Positions 15,675 through 27,505 of a stretch of 64,000 bases of DNA are shown here, one piece after another. Under the pieces are notes generated by a model. It did no database searches. It worked only from the letters and a program-made list of their open reading frames with translations, and was not told where the DNA came from. Within the stretch, counting starts at the first letter, position 1, and every line of letters starts with the position of its first letter. This DNA comes from Anaeromyxobacter sp. (GTDB lineage: Bacteria; Myxococcota; Myxococcia; Myxococcales; Anaeromyxobacteraceae), in NCBI GenBank assembly GCA_049840735.1, contig JASGJN010000007.1, forward strand, positions 160,001 to 224,000, given 5' to 3'. Made by a program: the position numbers and the translations under genes.

Positions 15675-16161
15675 ATGAACCACATGAAGAACGCTCGCTC
15701 GAATCTCCTCGCTCCGCTCGCGCTGGCGCTGCTCGCTGCCTGCGGGAGCTCCGGTCCCTCGGCCCTCGAGGCCTCGCTGCCCGTGACGCCGGGCGAGCCC
15801 TGGGACGCCGCCCAGGCCACGCTGCAGAAGGCCGACCCGCAGCTGCAGGTGATCCAGAAGATCGGCACCCGCTCCGCCACGGCCCGCGTCCCGGTGACCC
15901 TGGCCGGCCACAAGTTCGAGCGCGTCATGATCACCGGGATGGCCGACCACCCGGCGGTCCGCTCGGTGCTCTTCTCCGGCGCGCCGGATCCCGCCGCCTG
16001 CCCCAGGGTGAAGGACGACGTCCTCAAGGCGCTGGGGCCGGGCTGGGAGCCTACCGCCGCGGAGCTGGGGGCCACCACGGTGACCCGCGGCGGCGCCACG
16101 GGCCGCTCGGTGCGGATCGTCTGCACCGGCGGCGCGCTGTCGGTTCTCGTTCGCGGGCTGA
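15675..16161 (+). CDS. Hypothetical lipoprotein (3' end uncertain, possible indel near 16155)
   Basis: Lipobox LLAAC; coding-like codons to ~16155. A TGA at 16159-16161 is one base out of frame. Confidence 0.55.
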
Positions 16162-16359
16162 GCGGGCCGCCAGGCGCTTCGCCACCCTGCCTGCCCCTCC
16201 GGGGGCCGCCGCCGCGCGCCGACCGGAAGGATGGGGCGGGGCCTGCCTGCCGGCTCCTGCCCCCGGCCGGAGAACAAATCGGCCTCCCGGTGCGTCCTTC
16301 CTTGGCGAAGGAGAACCGGCGGTGCTACCCATGCCTGGGCGGCCCCGCCGCACCGCGCC

Positions 16360-17143
16360 ATGCTCACCACTGCCCTGCTCTCGCTCGCCCTGTCCGCCCA
16401 GCCCGCGTTCCCCTACGTCCCCGGAGAGCGGATGGGCTTCGGGATTCTCCTACCTGGGAATGCGGATGGGCGTGTCCTCCATCTCCGTGGGCAACGCCGA
16501 CGGCGGCCTGGTGCCGGTCGAGCTGTGGGCCAAGTCCACCGGGGTGGTGGGGCTCTACCACCTGCGCCAGAAGCTGGTGAGCTGGATCGACCCCGTCACC
16601 GGCCTCCCAGGCAACTCGGTGATCCAGGGCGAGGAGGGCTCCTACCGCCACACCGATACCACCAAGGTCGACCGCGCCACCGGCCAGGCCACCGTCCACG
16701 AGGTCGGCAAGCACGACAACACCTACCAGGTGGAGGTGCCGAAGGACGCGCTGGACTTCGTGGCCCTGGTGTTCAGGCTGCGCACGCTCCCGCTCGAGCC
16801 GGGCACCAAGCACGAGTTCCAGGTGCTGTCCGGACGCAAGGTGAACAAGATCGTGGCCGAGGCGATGGGCCGGGAGACGCTGGACACGCGCATCGGCAAG
16901 CTGCCGGCGATCCGGGTCCGGATCCCCACCGGCTTCAGCGGCAAGTTCAGCGAGAAGAACCCGACCGAGGTCTGGTTCAGCGACGACGCGCGGCGCGTGA
17001 TCCTGCGCATCACCACCGACTTCGCGGTCGGGCACGCCTCCGCCAACATCACCGAGTACCGCCCTGGCGTCGCCCCTGCGCCGGACCCGGCCGGCGGGGA
17101 GGCTGGGGCCACCACGACCGAGTCCGGCGGGACCGGCGGTTGA
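16360..17143 (+). CDS. DUF3108 exported protein (frame break at ~16445)
   Basis: Signal peptide, PGERM-GF-GI-SYLG after correction, VWFSDDARRVILRI. Confidence 0.75.
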
Positions 17144-18376
17144 TGCCGGGCAAGGATCGCGTATCGGTGGAGCGCATGGCTGAAGCGCCCCTGCCCGACG
17201 CACTCCGCCCCCTCGAGCGCGCCATCCAGGATCTCGTGGCCGGTGGACGCCTGCGGGTGCCGCCCTATCCCGCCGTGGCCGTCCGGGTCCAGGAGGCGCT
17301 GGGGCGCAAGGACGCCGGCCTGTCCGAGATCGCCCAGCTGGTGGGGGCCGACGCCGCGCTGGCCGCCGCCATCCTGCGCTGCGCCAACTCGGCCATGTAC
17401 CGCCGCGGACCGCCGGTGGCCGACCTGCTGGGGGCCATCACCCGCATCGGCGCGGCCGAGGTGCTGCGGCTGCTGCTGGCCAGCGGCCTCTCCACGCAGG
17501 CCCTGTCCATCGGCCCGCTGGTCTCCATCCGCCGGACCATCTGGATCGAGGGGCTGGTGAGCGCCGCGGTCTGCCAGGAGCTGGCGCGGCTGCGCGGGCT
17601 CCGGACCGAGGAGGCCTTCGTCGTCGGGCTCCTGCACGACTTCGGGAAGATCGTGACCTCCTCGGCGCTCGAGGTGCTGCTGGAGGAGCGGAGGTTCGAG
17701 GGGCGCTGGCCGCTCGACGCCTGGGCCAGCCTGGTGGAGCGGCAGCACGTGGGCGTGGGGCTGGTCACCGCGGAGGCCTGGCGCCTGCCGCCGCTGGTGA
17801 GCGAGGTGATCGGCGTGCACCACGGGGGCGGCAAGTGCCGCGACCCGAAGCTGCTCGAGGTGGTGCGGATTCTCCGATCAGCTGGTGGCGCTGGCGCTGA
17901 CGCGCACGCGCGTGACCGCCACCGACCTCGGGCGCATCCCCGGCCTGGCCGCCGCCGAGCGGGAGGCCCTGGAGCGGGTGATCGCGAACGTGCCGGAGTT
18001 CGTCTCCGCCTTCGAGACGCCGGCCTCCGCGATCTGGGTCGGCTCGCAGCGCATCGCGCCGCCTGCCGCGCCGCCGCCTCCAGCGCTCGGCCAGCCCGCG
18101 CCGAAGCTCGGCGTCTCCATCGCCGTGGCCCGCCGCCCGCGGCTGTTCAAGGTGACCTCGCTGGCCGCCGACCGGCTGGTGCTCTCCGGCGAGGAGCCGC
18201 TGCCGGAGAACCGGGTGCTGGAGGCCAAGGTCTACGCGCAGGAGCCGTTCACCATGTGGGTGGTGACGCTGGCCTGCCAGCAGGAGGGCGCCGCGTACAC
18301 CGCCACCGTGCAGCCCTTCGCGCTCTCCGGCCCGGCGCGCGAGGGCTGGGACACGCTGACCGCGCCGCCGGCGTGA
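17143..18376 (+). CDS. HDOD-domain protein with a C-terminal beta domain (frame break at ~17870)
   Basis: DAALAAAILRCANSAMY, EAFVVGLLHDFGK, AWRLP, IGVHH. Confidence 0.8.
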
Positions 18377-18397
18377 GGCGCAGCGGCACCGCCGCCC

Positions 18398-19456
18398 TCA
18401 CGGACTCGCCTCCACCCCCGCCGTCCACCCGCCCAGCGTCGCCGCGTACCAGGGCGCCGTCTCCGCCAGCCCCTGCTCCACGCCGTGCGTCGGCACGTAC
18501 CCCAAGAGCGCCCGCGCCCGCCCCACGTCCGCCAGCGAGTGCCGCACGTCCCCCGCGCGAAACGGCCCTCTCCGCGGCTCTGCCCCCGCCGCGTCCGGCC
18601 TGAACCGGGCCACCTGGTCGCGGATGAGCTGGAAGAGCCGCAGCAGCGTCGTCTGCCCTCCCGCCCCGATGTTAAGCACCTGCCCCACCGCGCCGGCCTC
18701 CGCCGTCGTCGCCGCCAGCAGGTTGGCCTGCACCACGTTCGCCACGTAGCAGAAGTCGCGCGTCGTCTGCCCATCCCCATGCAGCGGCACCGGCTCCCCG
18801 CGCAGCAGGCCGGCGAACCAGCGCGGCATCACCGCCGCGTAGGCGCTCTGCGGATCCTGGCGCGGGCCGAACACGTTGAAGTAGCGCAGCCCGATGGGCT
18901 CCAGCCCGTAGCAGCGCGCGTACGCGGCCGCGTAGAGCTCGTCGCACCGCTTGGACGCCGCGTAGGGCGAGAGCGGCGAGCCCAGCGTCTCCTCCATCCT
19001 CGGCAACCCTGGCGCATCCCCGTAGACCGCGCTGGAGCTGGCGTAGATCACCCGCCGGACGCCGGCGGCGCGGGCCGTCTCCAGCACCTGCAGGAACCCG
19101 GTGACGTTCACGCCGTGGGTGGCGAGCGGGTTCTCGATCGAGCGCGGCACCGATCCCAGCGCCGCCTGGTGCAGCACCACCCGCGCCCCCGCCGCCGCGG
19201 CGGCGCAGGCCTCCGGGTCCCGCACGTCGCCGCGGATGAAGGTGAGCCGCTCGACGGCGCCCGGCCCGGCTGCGTCCCGGGCGGCCGCCAGGTTCTCCAG
19301 CTTGCCGGTGGAGAGGTCGTCCAGCACCGTCACCACCTGCCCGTGGCGGAGCAGCACCTCCACCAGGTGCGAGCCGATGAAGCCGCAGCCGCCGGTGACC
19401 CACCACCGGCGAGGCGCGGCCTGGAGCGCCTCCAGGGCGCGGGCGTAGGGGCTCAT
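18398..19456 (-). CDS. UDP-GlcNAc(A) C4-epimerase, WbpP/TviC-like SDR
   Basis: VTGGCGFIGSHL, HQAALGSVPRS, YAASK, LRYFNVFGPRQ. Confidence 0.88.
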   Translation of the reverse strand: MSPYARALEALQAAPRRWWVTGGCGFIGSHLVEVLLRHGQVVTVLDDLSTGKLENLAAARDAAGPGAVERLTFIRGDVRDPEACAAAAAGARVVLHQAALGSVPRSIENPLATHGVNVTGFLQVLETARAAGVRRVIYASSSAVYGDAPGLPRMEETLGSPLSPYAASKRCDELYAAAYARCYGLEPIGLRYFNVFGPRQDPQSAYAAVMPRWFAGLLRGEPVPLHGDGQTTRDFCYVANVVQANLLAATTAEAGAVGQVLNIGAGGQTTLLRLFQLIRDQVARFRPDAAGAEPRRGPFRAGDVRHSLADVGRARALLGYVPTHGVEQGLAETAPWYAATLGGWTAGVEASP

Positions 19457-20569
19457 GGCGGGTTCCGGATGGCGCGGTCGACCAGGTCGTAGGTCTGCCA
19501 GACGGTCTGGACGGTGGGGAGGATTCTGGCGGATGACGCGGTCCCAGCGGGTCAGGCCGTAGGTGGAGACGAAGACCACGTCGCGGGGGCGGAGCGGGAA
19601 CTGGCTTGCCAGCAGCAGCGCGTCGGGGGACGAGGCGTCGAGCCGGTAGATGGAGGGCGCCTGGTAGTCGCCCCGGATCACGAAGATGTGGGCCACGTCG
19701 GAGGCCAGCGGGTCGAAGCCGCCGGTGGGGGCGTCGATGAGCGCCTCGGCCAGCGTCATCCGCCCGCGCGTCATGAGGCGGGACTGCGGCTGCTTCACCT
19801 CGCCCAGCACGAAGACCTTGTTGCGGCTCCGGTCAGGGACGTGCACCACGTCGCCGTCCTGCAGCAGCCAGTTCTGCGTCTGGTCGCCGCCCTCGTAGAG
19901 CGACTGCAGGTCCAGGGAGAAGACCTGCCCGCGCCGCGAGAGCGTGACGCGGGCGAAGTCGGCCTCGGGGGTGAAGCCCTTGGACGCGGCCAGCGCGTCC
20001 TGGACCCGCATCGGCACGTCGGTGATGGCGATGGTCGACGGCGCCGTCACCTCGCCGGTGACCTGCACCCGCTTGCCGCGGAAGGCGGCCACCTTGACGT
20101 CCACCTGCGGGTTGGGGACCACGCGGGTGAGCCGCTCGGTGATCATGCGGCGCACCTCGCTGACGGTCTTCCCCGCCACCTCCAGCGTGCCGACGTACGG
20201 GTAGAAGACCGAGCCGTCGGCGTCCACCGCGTTGCCGTTCTCCTCCGGCGAGCGGAACTGGCCGGTGGGCGCGGTCAGCTCGGGGTGGTCCCAGACGATC
20301 ACCTGCAGCACGTCGTAGGGGGCGATGGTGTAGCGGTAGGTCCGGGCCACGCTCATCAGCGGGTCCTCCAGCCGCTGCTGTGGCGGCAGCGCGGCCTCCT
20401 CCGCCAGCTTGCGGATCACCCCGGCGTCGATGGTCCGGACGTCCAGGTGCCGGTTGCCGGTGGTGTCCCGGGCCCGCGACATGGCCTGGCCGGCGTCCAT
20501 CTGCATGCCGGGCGCGAGGAAGCAGCCGGAGGTGAGCAGCGAGGCGGCGGCGAGCAGGGCGCGTCTCAC
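19453..20569 (-). CDS. wza: Polysaccharide export lipoprotein Wza (frame break at ~19524)
   Basis: Lipobox LTSGC; DVLQVIVWDHPEL; SLBB repeats; C-terminal TRWDRVIRQILPTV helix after correction. Confidence 0.88.
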
Positions 20570-21033
20570 GGGGCGGGCCTCCTCCAGAAGGCGGCCTGGA
20601 AGTCGTCCAGGCCGCGCTCGATGAGCGCCAGCGCCTGCTCGAAGGCGGGGCGCTCGTGGTGGAAGGGGTCGGGGACGTCGAAGCCGCCGAAGCGGCCCAG
20701 GCGGTGGACGCGGCCGCGGGCCTCCGGGGCCAGGTCCAGCACGCCGCGCTCGTGGCGGGCCTCCATCACCAGCACCAGCTCGGCCCAGGAAGCCAGCGCC
20801 GGCGTGAGCTGGCGGGCGCGGTGGCCGGCCAGGTCCAGGCCGCGCTCCAGCAGGAGCGCGCGGGCCAGGGGGTGGACCGGCCGCCCCACCAGCGCCGCCA
20901 GCCCGGCCGACCCCACCTCGGCGCGGAAGCCCGCCCCGGCCAGCCGGCGCGCCAGCAGCGCCTCGGCCATCGGGCTCCGGCACACGTTGCCGACGCAGAC
21001 GATGAGGACCCGGCGGAACACGAGGGGCGTCAC
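20566..21033 (-). CDS. wzb: Low-molecular-weight protein-tyrosine phosphatase Wzb
   Basis: CVGNVCRSPMAE active-site loop and DVPDPF; lies between wza and wzc. Confidence 0.9.
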   Translation of the reverse strand: MTPLVFRRVLIVCVGNVCRSPMAEALLARRLAGAGFRAEVGSAGLAALVGRPVHPLARALLLERGLDLAGHRARQLTPALASWAELVLVMEARHERGVLDLAPEARGRVHRLGRFGGFDVPDPFHHERPAFEQALALIERGLDDFQAAFWRRPAP

Positions 21034-23276
21034 TCCGATCGCGTGGAGCGGTACTCGTAGTGGTAGTGGCCGGCGTAGCGGCCGTAGCGGCCCCGGCGGC
21101 GGACGTCGTTCAGGACCAGGCCGTGGACCCGCGCGCCGTTCTGCGTCAGCCGGCGCACCGCCGCCTCCACCTCGCGCGCCGGGTGGCGCCCGGCGCGGAG
21201 CACCAGCAGGCTCACCCCGGCGGCGCGCGCCACCAGCGCCGGGTCGGTGACGGCCAGCACCGGCGGCGTGTCCACCACCACCAGGTCGTAGCGGACCGAC
21301 AGCTCGGCCAGGAGCAGCCGGAAGCGGTCCCCGGCCAAGAGCTCCGCCGGGTTGGGCGGGACGCGGCCGGTGGGGAGCAGGTCGAGCCGGGGCACGCCGG
21401 TGGGCCGGATGGCCTCGTCGGCGGTGAGCTCGCCGGCCAGCACCTCGGAGAGGCCGGGGCTCCGGTCGCGCTGGAAGTACCGGTGCAGCCGGCCGCGGCG
21501 CATGTCGCCGTCCACCAGCACCACCCGCCGGTCCCCCGCCGCCAGCACCAGGGCCAGGTTGGCGGCCACGAAGGACTTGCCCTGCTCCGGCGCCGGCCCG
21601 GTCACCGAGATGACCGGGCCGCTGGCGTCCACCAGGGCGAACTGCAGGCTGGTGCGCAGCGAGCGCAGGCTCTCCACCGCCGGGTCCCCCGGATTGTCGA
21701 CCGCCAGGAGCCCCAGCCCGCGCCGCGCGTGGCGCGCCAGCACCTCCTGCCGGCCGCTGTGGGGCACGCTGGCGAAGACCGGCACGCCGGTCACCCGCTC
21801 CAGCTCGTCGGGATCCTCGGCCGAGTCGTCCAGCGCGTCCCGGGCGAAGGCGGCGGCCACTCCGCTCCCCAGCCCCAGCAGCAGCGCCAGCCCCAGCACC
21901 GGCAGCGTGCGGGGCGAGGTCGGATCGACCGGCGGCACCGCCTTGTCGATGATCCGGACGTTTCCCACGGTGCCCGACTTGACCACCCGCAGCTCCTGCA
22001 CGCGGTTGAGGACCAGCACGTACATCTCGCTGGCCACCTTGACGTCGCGCGCCAGGCGGGCCGACTCCAGCTCGGTCTCCGGCAGGTTGCGCATCTGGGC
22101 CGCGATGGCGCCCTGCTGGCTCCGCAGCTTCTGGGCCTTCTCGTCCAGCGCCGCCATGGCCGGGTGGGCGCTGGTGTACTTGCGCGAGAGCTCGGAGCGC
22201 TGCAGCTCGATGTCCTGGAGGTCCTTCTCCACGGCCACCTGCCGGTCCAGCATGCGCTGCGTCTGGCTGGAGAGGTCCACCGTGCCCTTCTGCTGCTGGT
22301 GCCCCTTCATCTCGGCCTCGGCGGCCGAGAGCCGCTCCTTGAGATCGGGCAGCTGCGTCTCCAGGAAGGCCAGGGTCTTGGCGGCCTCTGCCGAGCGCCG
22401 CTCGACGTTGCTGCGGACGTAGGCGGCGGCCAGCGCGTCCAGCACCTGCGCCACCCGGACCGGGTCGCGGCCGGTCAGCTCGACCTGCAGGATGCCGGTC
22501 TTCTGCCCGCGCTCGGTCACCACCAGCCGCTGCTGCAGCTCCTCCACCACGGCGGAGGCACGGCGGCGCACCACCTCGAAGGCCGTGCCGCGCCGGGCCG
22601 AGAGCTCCGAGACGAACCCCTCCGCCAGCGGGGGATCTCCACCCGACGTGAACGGCTGGCCCACCTGGGCGTGGGCCACCAGCACGCCCGACGGCCCCAG
22701 CAGCCGGAAGGCGCCGCCCTGGCCCACCTCCAGCCGCAGCGGCACGTCGATCAGCTCGTCGGAGAGGTCGAGCCGCTGCACGCGGACGGCCTCGCCGCCC
22801 CAGCCCCAGGGCGCGACGCCGGGGAAGGGCGGCTCGGCCAGGCCGCCGGCGGCGTGGTGCCGGGCCATGGCGTCGCCGACGAGCGGCAGCCGCACCGGCC
22901 GCGCCTCGACCTCCAGCCCCAGCTGCTGCACCACCGCCTCCAGGAGCGTGCGCGAGGTCAGGATCTCCTTCTCGGCGTCGGAGGGAGGCGGCTCGCCCAG
23001 CGCCGCCGAGAGCTCGTCCAGGCGCGTCAGGCTGCGGGTGGGCGCCTCCACCTGGATCACGGTGTTCGCGGCGTACTCCGGCGCCTTCACGTACAGGTAG
23101 GCGGCGCCGCCCGCGAGCCCCAGCGCGGCGCAGCAGGCCACCCAGAGCCAGGATCCCTGGACCACGCGCACCCACTCGCGCAGCGGCGACGGCTCGGCCA
23201 CCGGCGGCGGCGGCACGATGCGCGGCGGCTCTGCGCCGCGGCCGCCGGGGATGGGGCGCAGGTCCTCCGGCCTCAC
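21030..23276 (-). CDS. wzc: Polysaccharide co-polymerase / tyrosine autokinase Wzc
   Basis: Two TM segments, GNVR motif, Walker A GPAPEQGKS, VLVDGDMRRG, VVVDTPP, C-terminal Tyr cluster. Confidence 0.92.
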   Translation of the reverse strand: MRPEDLRPIPGGRGAEPPRIVPPPPVAEPSPLREWVRVVQGSWLWVACCAALGLAGGAAYLYVKAPEYAANTVIQVEAPTRSLTRLDELSAALGEPPPSDAEKEILTSRTLLEAVVQQLGLEVEARPVRLPLVGDAMARHHAAGGLAEPPFPGVAPWGWGGEAVRVQRLDLSDELIDVPLRLEVGQGGAFRLLGPSGVLVAHAQVGQPFTSGGDPPLAEGFVSELSARRGTAFEVVRRRASAVVEELQQRLVVTERGQKTGILQVELTGRDPVRVAQVLDALAAAYVRSNVERRSAEAAKTLAFLETQLPDLKERLSAAEAEMKGHQQQKGTVDLSSQTQRMLDRQVAVEKDLQDIELQRSELSRKYTSAHPAMAALDEKAQKLRSQQGAIAAQMRNLPETELESARLARDVKVASEMYVLVLNRVQELRVVKSGTVGNVRIIDKAVPPVDPTSPRTLPVLGLALLLGLGSGVAAAFARDALDDSAEDPDELERVTGVPVFASVPHSGRQEVLARHARRGLGLLAVDNPGDPAVESLRSLRTSLQFALVDASGPVISVTGPAPEQGKSFVAANLALVLAAGDRRVVLVDGDMRRGRLHRYFQRDRSPGLSEVLAGELTADEAIRPTGVPRLDLLPTGRVPPNPAELLAGDRFRLLLAELSVRYDLVVVDTPPVLAVTDPALVARAAGVSLLVLRAGRHPAREVEAAVRRLTQNGARVHGLVLNDVRRRGRYGRYAGHYHYEYRSTRSE

Positions 23277-25229
23277 GGCGATCCCCCGCGCGACGGATTG
23301 GCCTGCAGCGCGGCGCGGGAGGCGGCGTGGAGCCGCCAGGCGGGCAGCCGCGGCTCGGGCGCCGGATGGCGCAGCCGGCTGCTCGGCACCAGCGCCTCCA
23401 GCCGCTCGATCAGCCCATCGGTGTCGGCGGCCCGGGCCAGGCGGCGCAGGTCGCGCAGCGCCCCCTGGAAGCCCGGCGGCGGCTCCGTGCCGCTGGAGAT
23501 GACCCGGATCCGATCGCGCACCGCCACCGAGGCCTCCTCCTCCTCGGTGAGCAGCTCCTCGCGGAGCTTCTCGCCAGGGCGCAGGCCGGTGAAGACGATG
23601 GGGATCTCCTCGCCCGGGACGCGGCCGGCCAGCGTGATCAGGTGCTGTGCCAGCTCGAGGATGCGGATGGGCTCGCCCATGTCCAGGACGTACAGCCCGG
23701 CCTCGCAGCGCAGCCCGGCCACCAGCACCAGCCCCACCGCCTCGGGGATGGTCATGAAGTAGCGAGTACACTCGGGGTGCGTGATGGTCACGGGGCCGCC
23801 CTGCTCGATCTGCCGCTTGAAGATGGGCACGACGCTCCCGGCCGAGCCCAGCACGTTCCCGAACCGGACCGCGGTCATGCGGGTGGACGAGCGGCCAGCC
23901 AGGTCCCTCACCACCAGCTCGGCCACCCGCTTGGTCGCGCCCATCACCGAGCTGGGCTTGACCGCCTTGTCGGTCGAGATGAGGACGAAGCGCTCCGCGC
24001 CGCAGCACATGGCCATGCGCGCCACGTTGCGCGTGCCGAAGACGTTGTTCTTCACCGCCTCCTCGGGCGCGTCCTCCATGAGCGGGACGTGCTTGTGCGC
24101 CGCCGCGTGGAAGACCAGGTCAGGGTGGTAGCGCTCGCCCAGCCGCAGCAGCCGGCGCGCCTCCCGCACGTCCGCCACCTCGGCGTGCACCCGCAGGTCG
24201 GGGTGCCGCTCGGAGAGCTCGCGGGCGCCCAGGTAGAGCGAGTTCTCGTTCATGTCCACCAGCACCAGCTCCTGGACGCCGTGGCCCGCCAGCTGCCGCG
24301 CGATCTCCCGAGCCGATGGAGCCGCCCGCGCCGGTGATGAGCGCGCGCCGCCCGGCCACCCGGCCGCTGATCTCCTCCGCGTCGAAGGCCACCGCCGGGC
24401 GCGGCAGCAGGTCCTCCGCGGAGAGGTCGTGCAGCATCGAGGCGGCCACGCGGCGGTCCAGCTCCAGGGTGGAGGCGGGGATGATCTTGAAGCGGACCCG
24501 TGCCGTGGCGCAGAGCCCCAGGAGCTCGCGCACGCGGGCCGCCGGCAGGCCGGCGATGGCCACCAGCACCACCGAGACGCCGTGCACCGCCACCAGCCGC
24601 GGCAGGTCGGGGAGGACCCCCAGCACCGGGCGCCCCACCAGCCAGGTGCCCAGCTTGCGGCGATCGTCGTCCACGAACCCCACCAGGTGGTACCGGCTGG
24701 AGGGGCTGCGGCGGAGGTCCCTGGCCAGCAGCTCGCCGGAGGCGCCCGCCCCCACGATCAGCGTGCGCTCGGCGCCACACTGGACGCGCGTCCGCTCGCC
24801 CTGCCAGTCGAGCAGCAGGCCCGGCCCGAAGCGCAGCGCGGCCACCAGCGCGGTGGTGACCAGGAACTCCAGCGGGTAGATGGACCGCGGCACCGGGATG
24901 CCGAGCGCCGCGCAGGCCACCACGAAGGCCGCGCTGGCCAGCGCCTGCGCGGCGAGCAGGCGCACGGCCTCGGGGCGGCCGGGGCGGCGGAAGGACCAGC
25001 GGTGCAACCCGGCCTGGAGCAGGGCCGCCATCCGCAGCAGGACGATGACCGGCAGGGTGGCCTTGGCGTGGCGGATCCAGGCGTCGGGGATCTGGCCGTC
25101 GAAGCGGAAGGACCAGGCCACCATGGCGCCGACCGCGGTGGCCAGGGCGTCGTGGCCGGCCAGCAGGGCAGGGCGGAGCCCGGGGTCGAGCAGCCAGCCC
25201 GGGGTGCGGAGGCGGGCGATCGCGGTCAT
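23273..25229 (-). CDS. Membrane UDP-GlcNAc 4,6-dehydratase, CapD/WbpM/PglF-like (frame break at ~24308)
   Basis: N-terminal TMs; ITGAGGSIGSE, HAAAHKHVPLME, ISTDKAV, VRFGNVLGS. Confidence 0.9.
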
Positions 25230-26404
25230 GGGCTCGACCTCCCCGGCGGCGGCGCCGGCCCGCGCGCGCGCCGGGGGCGGGCGCCGGCGGCGCTGCGCAC
25301 GGCGTCGATCACCAGCTCCTGGGCCTCCAGGGCCAGGCTGCTGGAGCTGGGGAGGCAGAGCCCGCGCTCGAACAGCGCCGCCGAGACCTCGCCGCCGTAG
25401 CGGTCGCAGTCGGCGTGGAGCGGCTGCAGGTGCATGGGCTTCCAGAGCGGCCGGGCCTCCACGTCCACCGCCTCCAGCGCGGCCAGCAGCTGGTCGCGGG
25501 TCACGCCGGCCTGGTCCGGCTCGACCAGGAAGCAGGAGAGCCAGCGGGTGGAGCGGCCCCAGGGCGGCTCGGGCATGGGCGTGAGGCCCGGGAGGTCGGC
25601 CAGGCCGGCCCGGTACCGCTCGAACACGGCGCGGCGCTGGGCCACGCGCAGATTGAGGACCTCCAGCTGCCCGCGGCCGATGGCGGCCAGCACGTTCGAG
25701 AGGCGGTAGTTGTAGCCCAGCTCGGTGTGGTGGTACGCGGGGCCCGGATCGCGCGCCTGGGTGGACCAGAAGCGCGCGTGCTCGGCCTCCGGCTGCGTGG
25801 CGGTGACGAGCGCCCCGCCGCCGCTGGTGGTCACCAGCTTGTTGCCGTTGAAGGAGAGGGCGGCCAGCGCCCCGAGCGCGCCGGCCGGCCGGCCGCGGTA
25901 GGTGGCCCCCAGCGCCTCGGCCGCGTCCTCCAGCACCGGCACGCCGTGGCGCGCGCAGGCGGCCAGGATGGGCGCCATGTCGGCGCACTGGCCGTACAGG
26001 TGCACCACCACCACGGCGCGGGGCGGGCGGCCGTGACGGGCGCGATCCTCCAGCGCCTCCTCCAGCAGCGCCGGGCTCATCATCCAGCTGGCGGGCTCGG
26101 AGTCGATGAAGACCGGGCGCGCGCCCAGGTAGCGGATGGGGTTCACGCTCGCCACGAAGGTGAAGTCGGAGACCAGCACCTCGTCCCCGGGCCCCACGCC
26201 CAGCAGCCGAAGCCCCAGGTGCATGGCGGCGGTGCCGCTGGCGAGCGCCACCGCCGGCCGGCCCTCCAGCCGCGCCGAGAGCCCCGCCTCGAAGGCCTGC
26301 AGGTGCGGCCCCACCGTGGAGAGCCAGTTGGACTCGAAGGCGTCGCACACGTAGGCCAGCTCGCGGCCGCCCATGTGGGGAACGGAGAGGTGGATGCGTG
26401 GCAT
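25226..26404 (-). CDS. DegT/DnrJ/EryC1/StrS sugar aminotransferase (PglE/EpsN-like)
   Basis: SGTAAMHL, EDAAEALG, SFNGNK, GYNYRLSN, GLCLPS. Confidence 0.92.
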   Translation of the reverse strand: MPRIHLSVPHMGGRELAYVCDAFESNWLSTVGPHLQAFEAGLSARLEGRPAVALASGTAAMHLGLRLLGVGPGDEVLVSDFTFVASVNPIRYLGARPVFIDSEPASWMMSPALLEEALEDRARHGRPPRAVVVVHLYGQCADMAPILAACARHGVPVLEDAAEALGATYRGRPAGALGALAALSFNGNKLVTTSGGGALVTATQPEAEHARFWSTQARDPGPAYHHTELGYNYRLSNVLAAIGRGQLEVLNLRVAQRRAVFERYRAGLADLPGLTPMPEPPWGRSTRWLSCFLVEPDQAGVTRDQLLAALEAVDVEARPLWKPMHLQPLHADCDRYGGEVSAALFERGLCLPSSSSLALEAQELVIDAVRSAAGARPRRARGPAPPPGRSSP

Positions 26405-26419
26405 CGGGACGCTCCTCGG

Positions 26420-27498
26420 TCACGCGTGGTAGGCGGGGAAGAACCCGGCGCGCGGGGTCCAGTGGCCGCCGTCGCGCCGGACCGCGTCCGCCCGCACGTC
26501 GCAGAGCTCGCGGTAGGCCCGCTCGTCGTGGACCAGCCGCGCCAGCCGGAAGGGCGCCTCGCGCGAGGGGGCGAAGCCGCCCTTGTAGCGGAGCAGGCCG
26601 TCGCCGCGCTCGTGCGAGCCGCCCAGCACGTACTGGCGCTTGCCGTGCTCGATGCCCCAGGTCACCACCCGGTGCTTGAGCAGGTAGTTGGGGCCGAGGT
26701 TGAAGGCCTCGGAGAGCGTCCCGCCCAGGAAGGCGTACAGGCGCCGCGCCGAGACCAGGACCAGCTCGGTGGAGACCACCCGGCCGCCGCTGACGGCGTG
26801 AAAGAAGGCGAGGTGCCCGGGCAGCCGCTGCACCAGGCGGTCGAAGAGCGCCCGTCCCAGGAAGTACCAGTCCGAGGCGTCCCGCCGGCGCATGGTGTGG
26901 AGGTAGACCGAGAGGAAGTCGTCCAGCCGCCGCCCCTCCGATCGACCTCCACCTCCACCGCGTTCCGCTCCGCCAGCCGCACCCAGCGCCGGACCCGCTT
27001 GTCGTAGGCGTGCCAGATGGCGTCCGGCCCCTCCTCCAGCGGCACGATCACGTTGGGCCCGTGCTCGTCCACCTGGAACGCCGGCGGGAGCGGGGCCAGC
27101 TGCTCCTGGAAGAGCGACAGCCGCACGAAGGTGGAGACCAGCCGCGCGTCGCGGGCCCACCCGCCGAAGGCTTCCCAGAAGCCCCCCAGCTCCTCCGCCG
27201 GCGGAGCGTCTTCACCCCAGGTGTAGGGGCCGCCGTAGCCGTAGGGGGAGGTGGCGTCCCAGCGCGCCTCGCCGTTGCGCGCCCACGCCTCCGCCGCCAG
27301 CGGGCGCAGCACCAGCGGGAGGAGCACGGTGCGCCCGGGCGCCGTGCCCAGCGCCGCCACCGCCCGGTCCTCCGGGCGGGCGAAGGCCGCCACGTACTCG
27401 GGGTGGGCCATCACCTCCCGATCCGGCCAGGCCTGCCAGCAGGCGAGCCAGGCGGCGCGGTCTTGGTCACGGGAGGCGTCGAGCAGCTGGAAGCGCAT
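26420..27498 (-). CDS. FemAB-like GNAT-fold protein (frame break at ~26938)
   Basis: DATSPYGYGGP, VSTFVR, PNYLLK, YVLGG, DGLLRYKGGF, FFPAY. Confidence 0.78.
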
Positions 27499-27505
27499 GG
27501 GATCC

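Noticed and set aside
18398..20983. Apparent Wza-epimerase fusion (861-aa ORF)
   Set aside because: Caused by one extra base at ~19524. Correction gives a normal Wza stop overlapping the epimerase ATG (ATGA).
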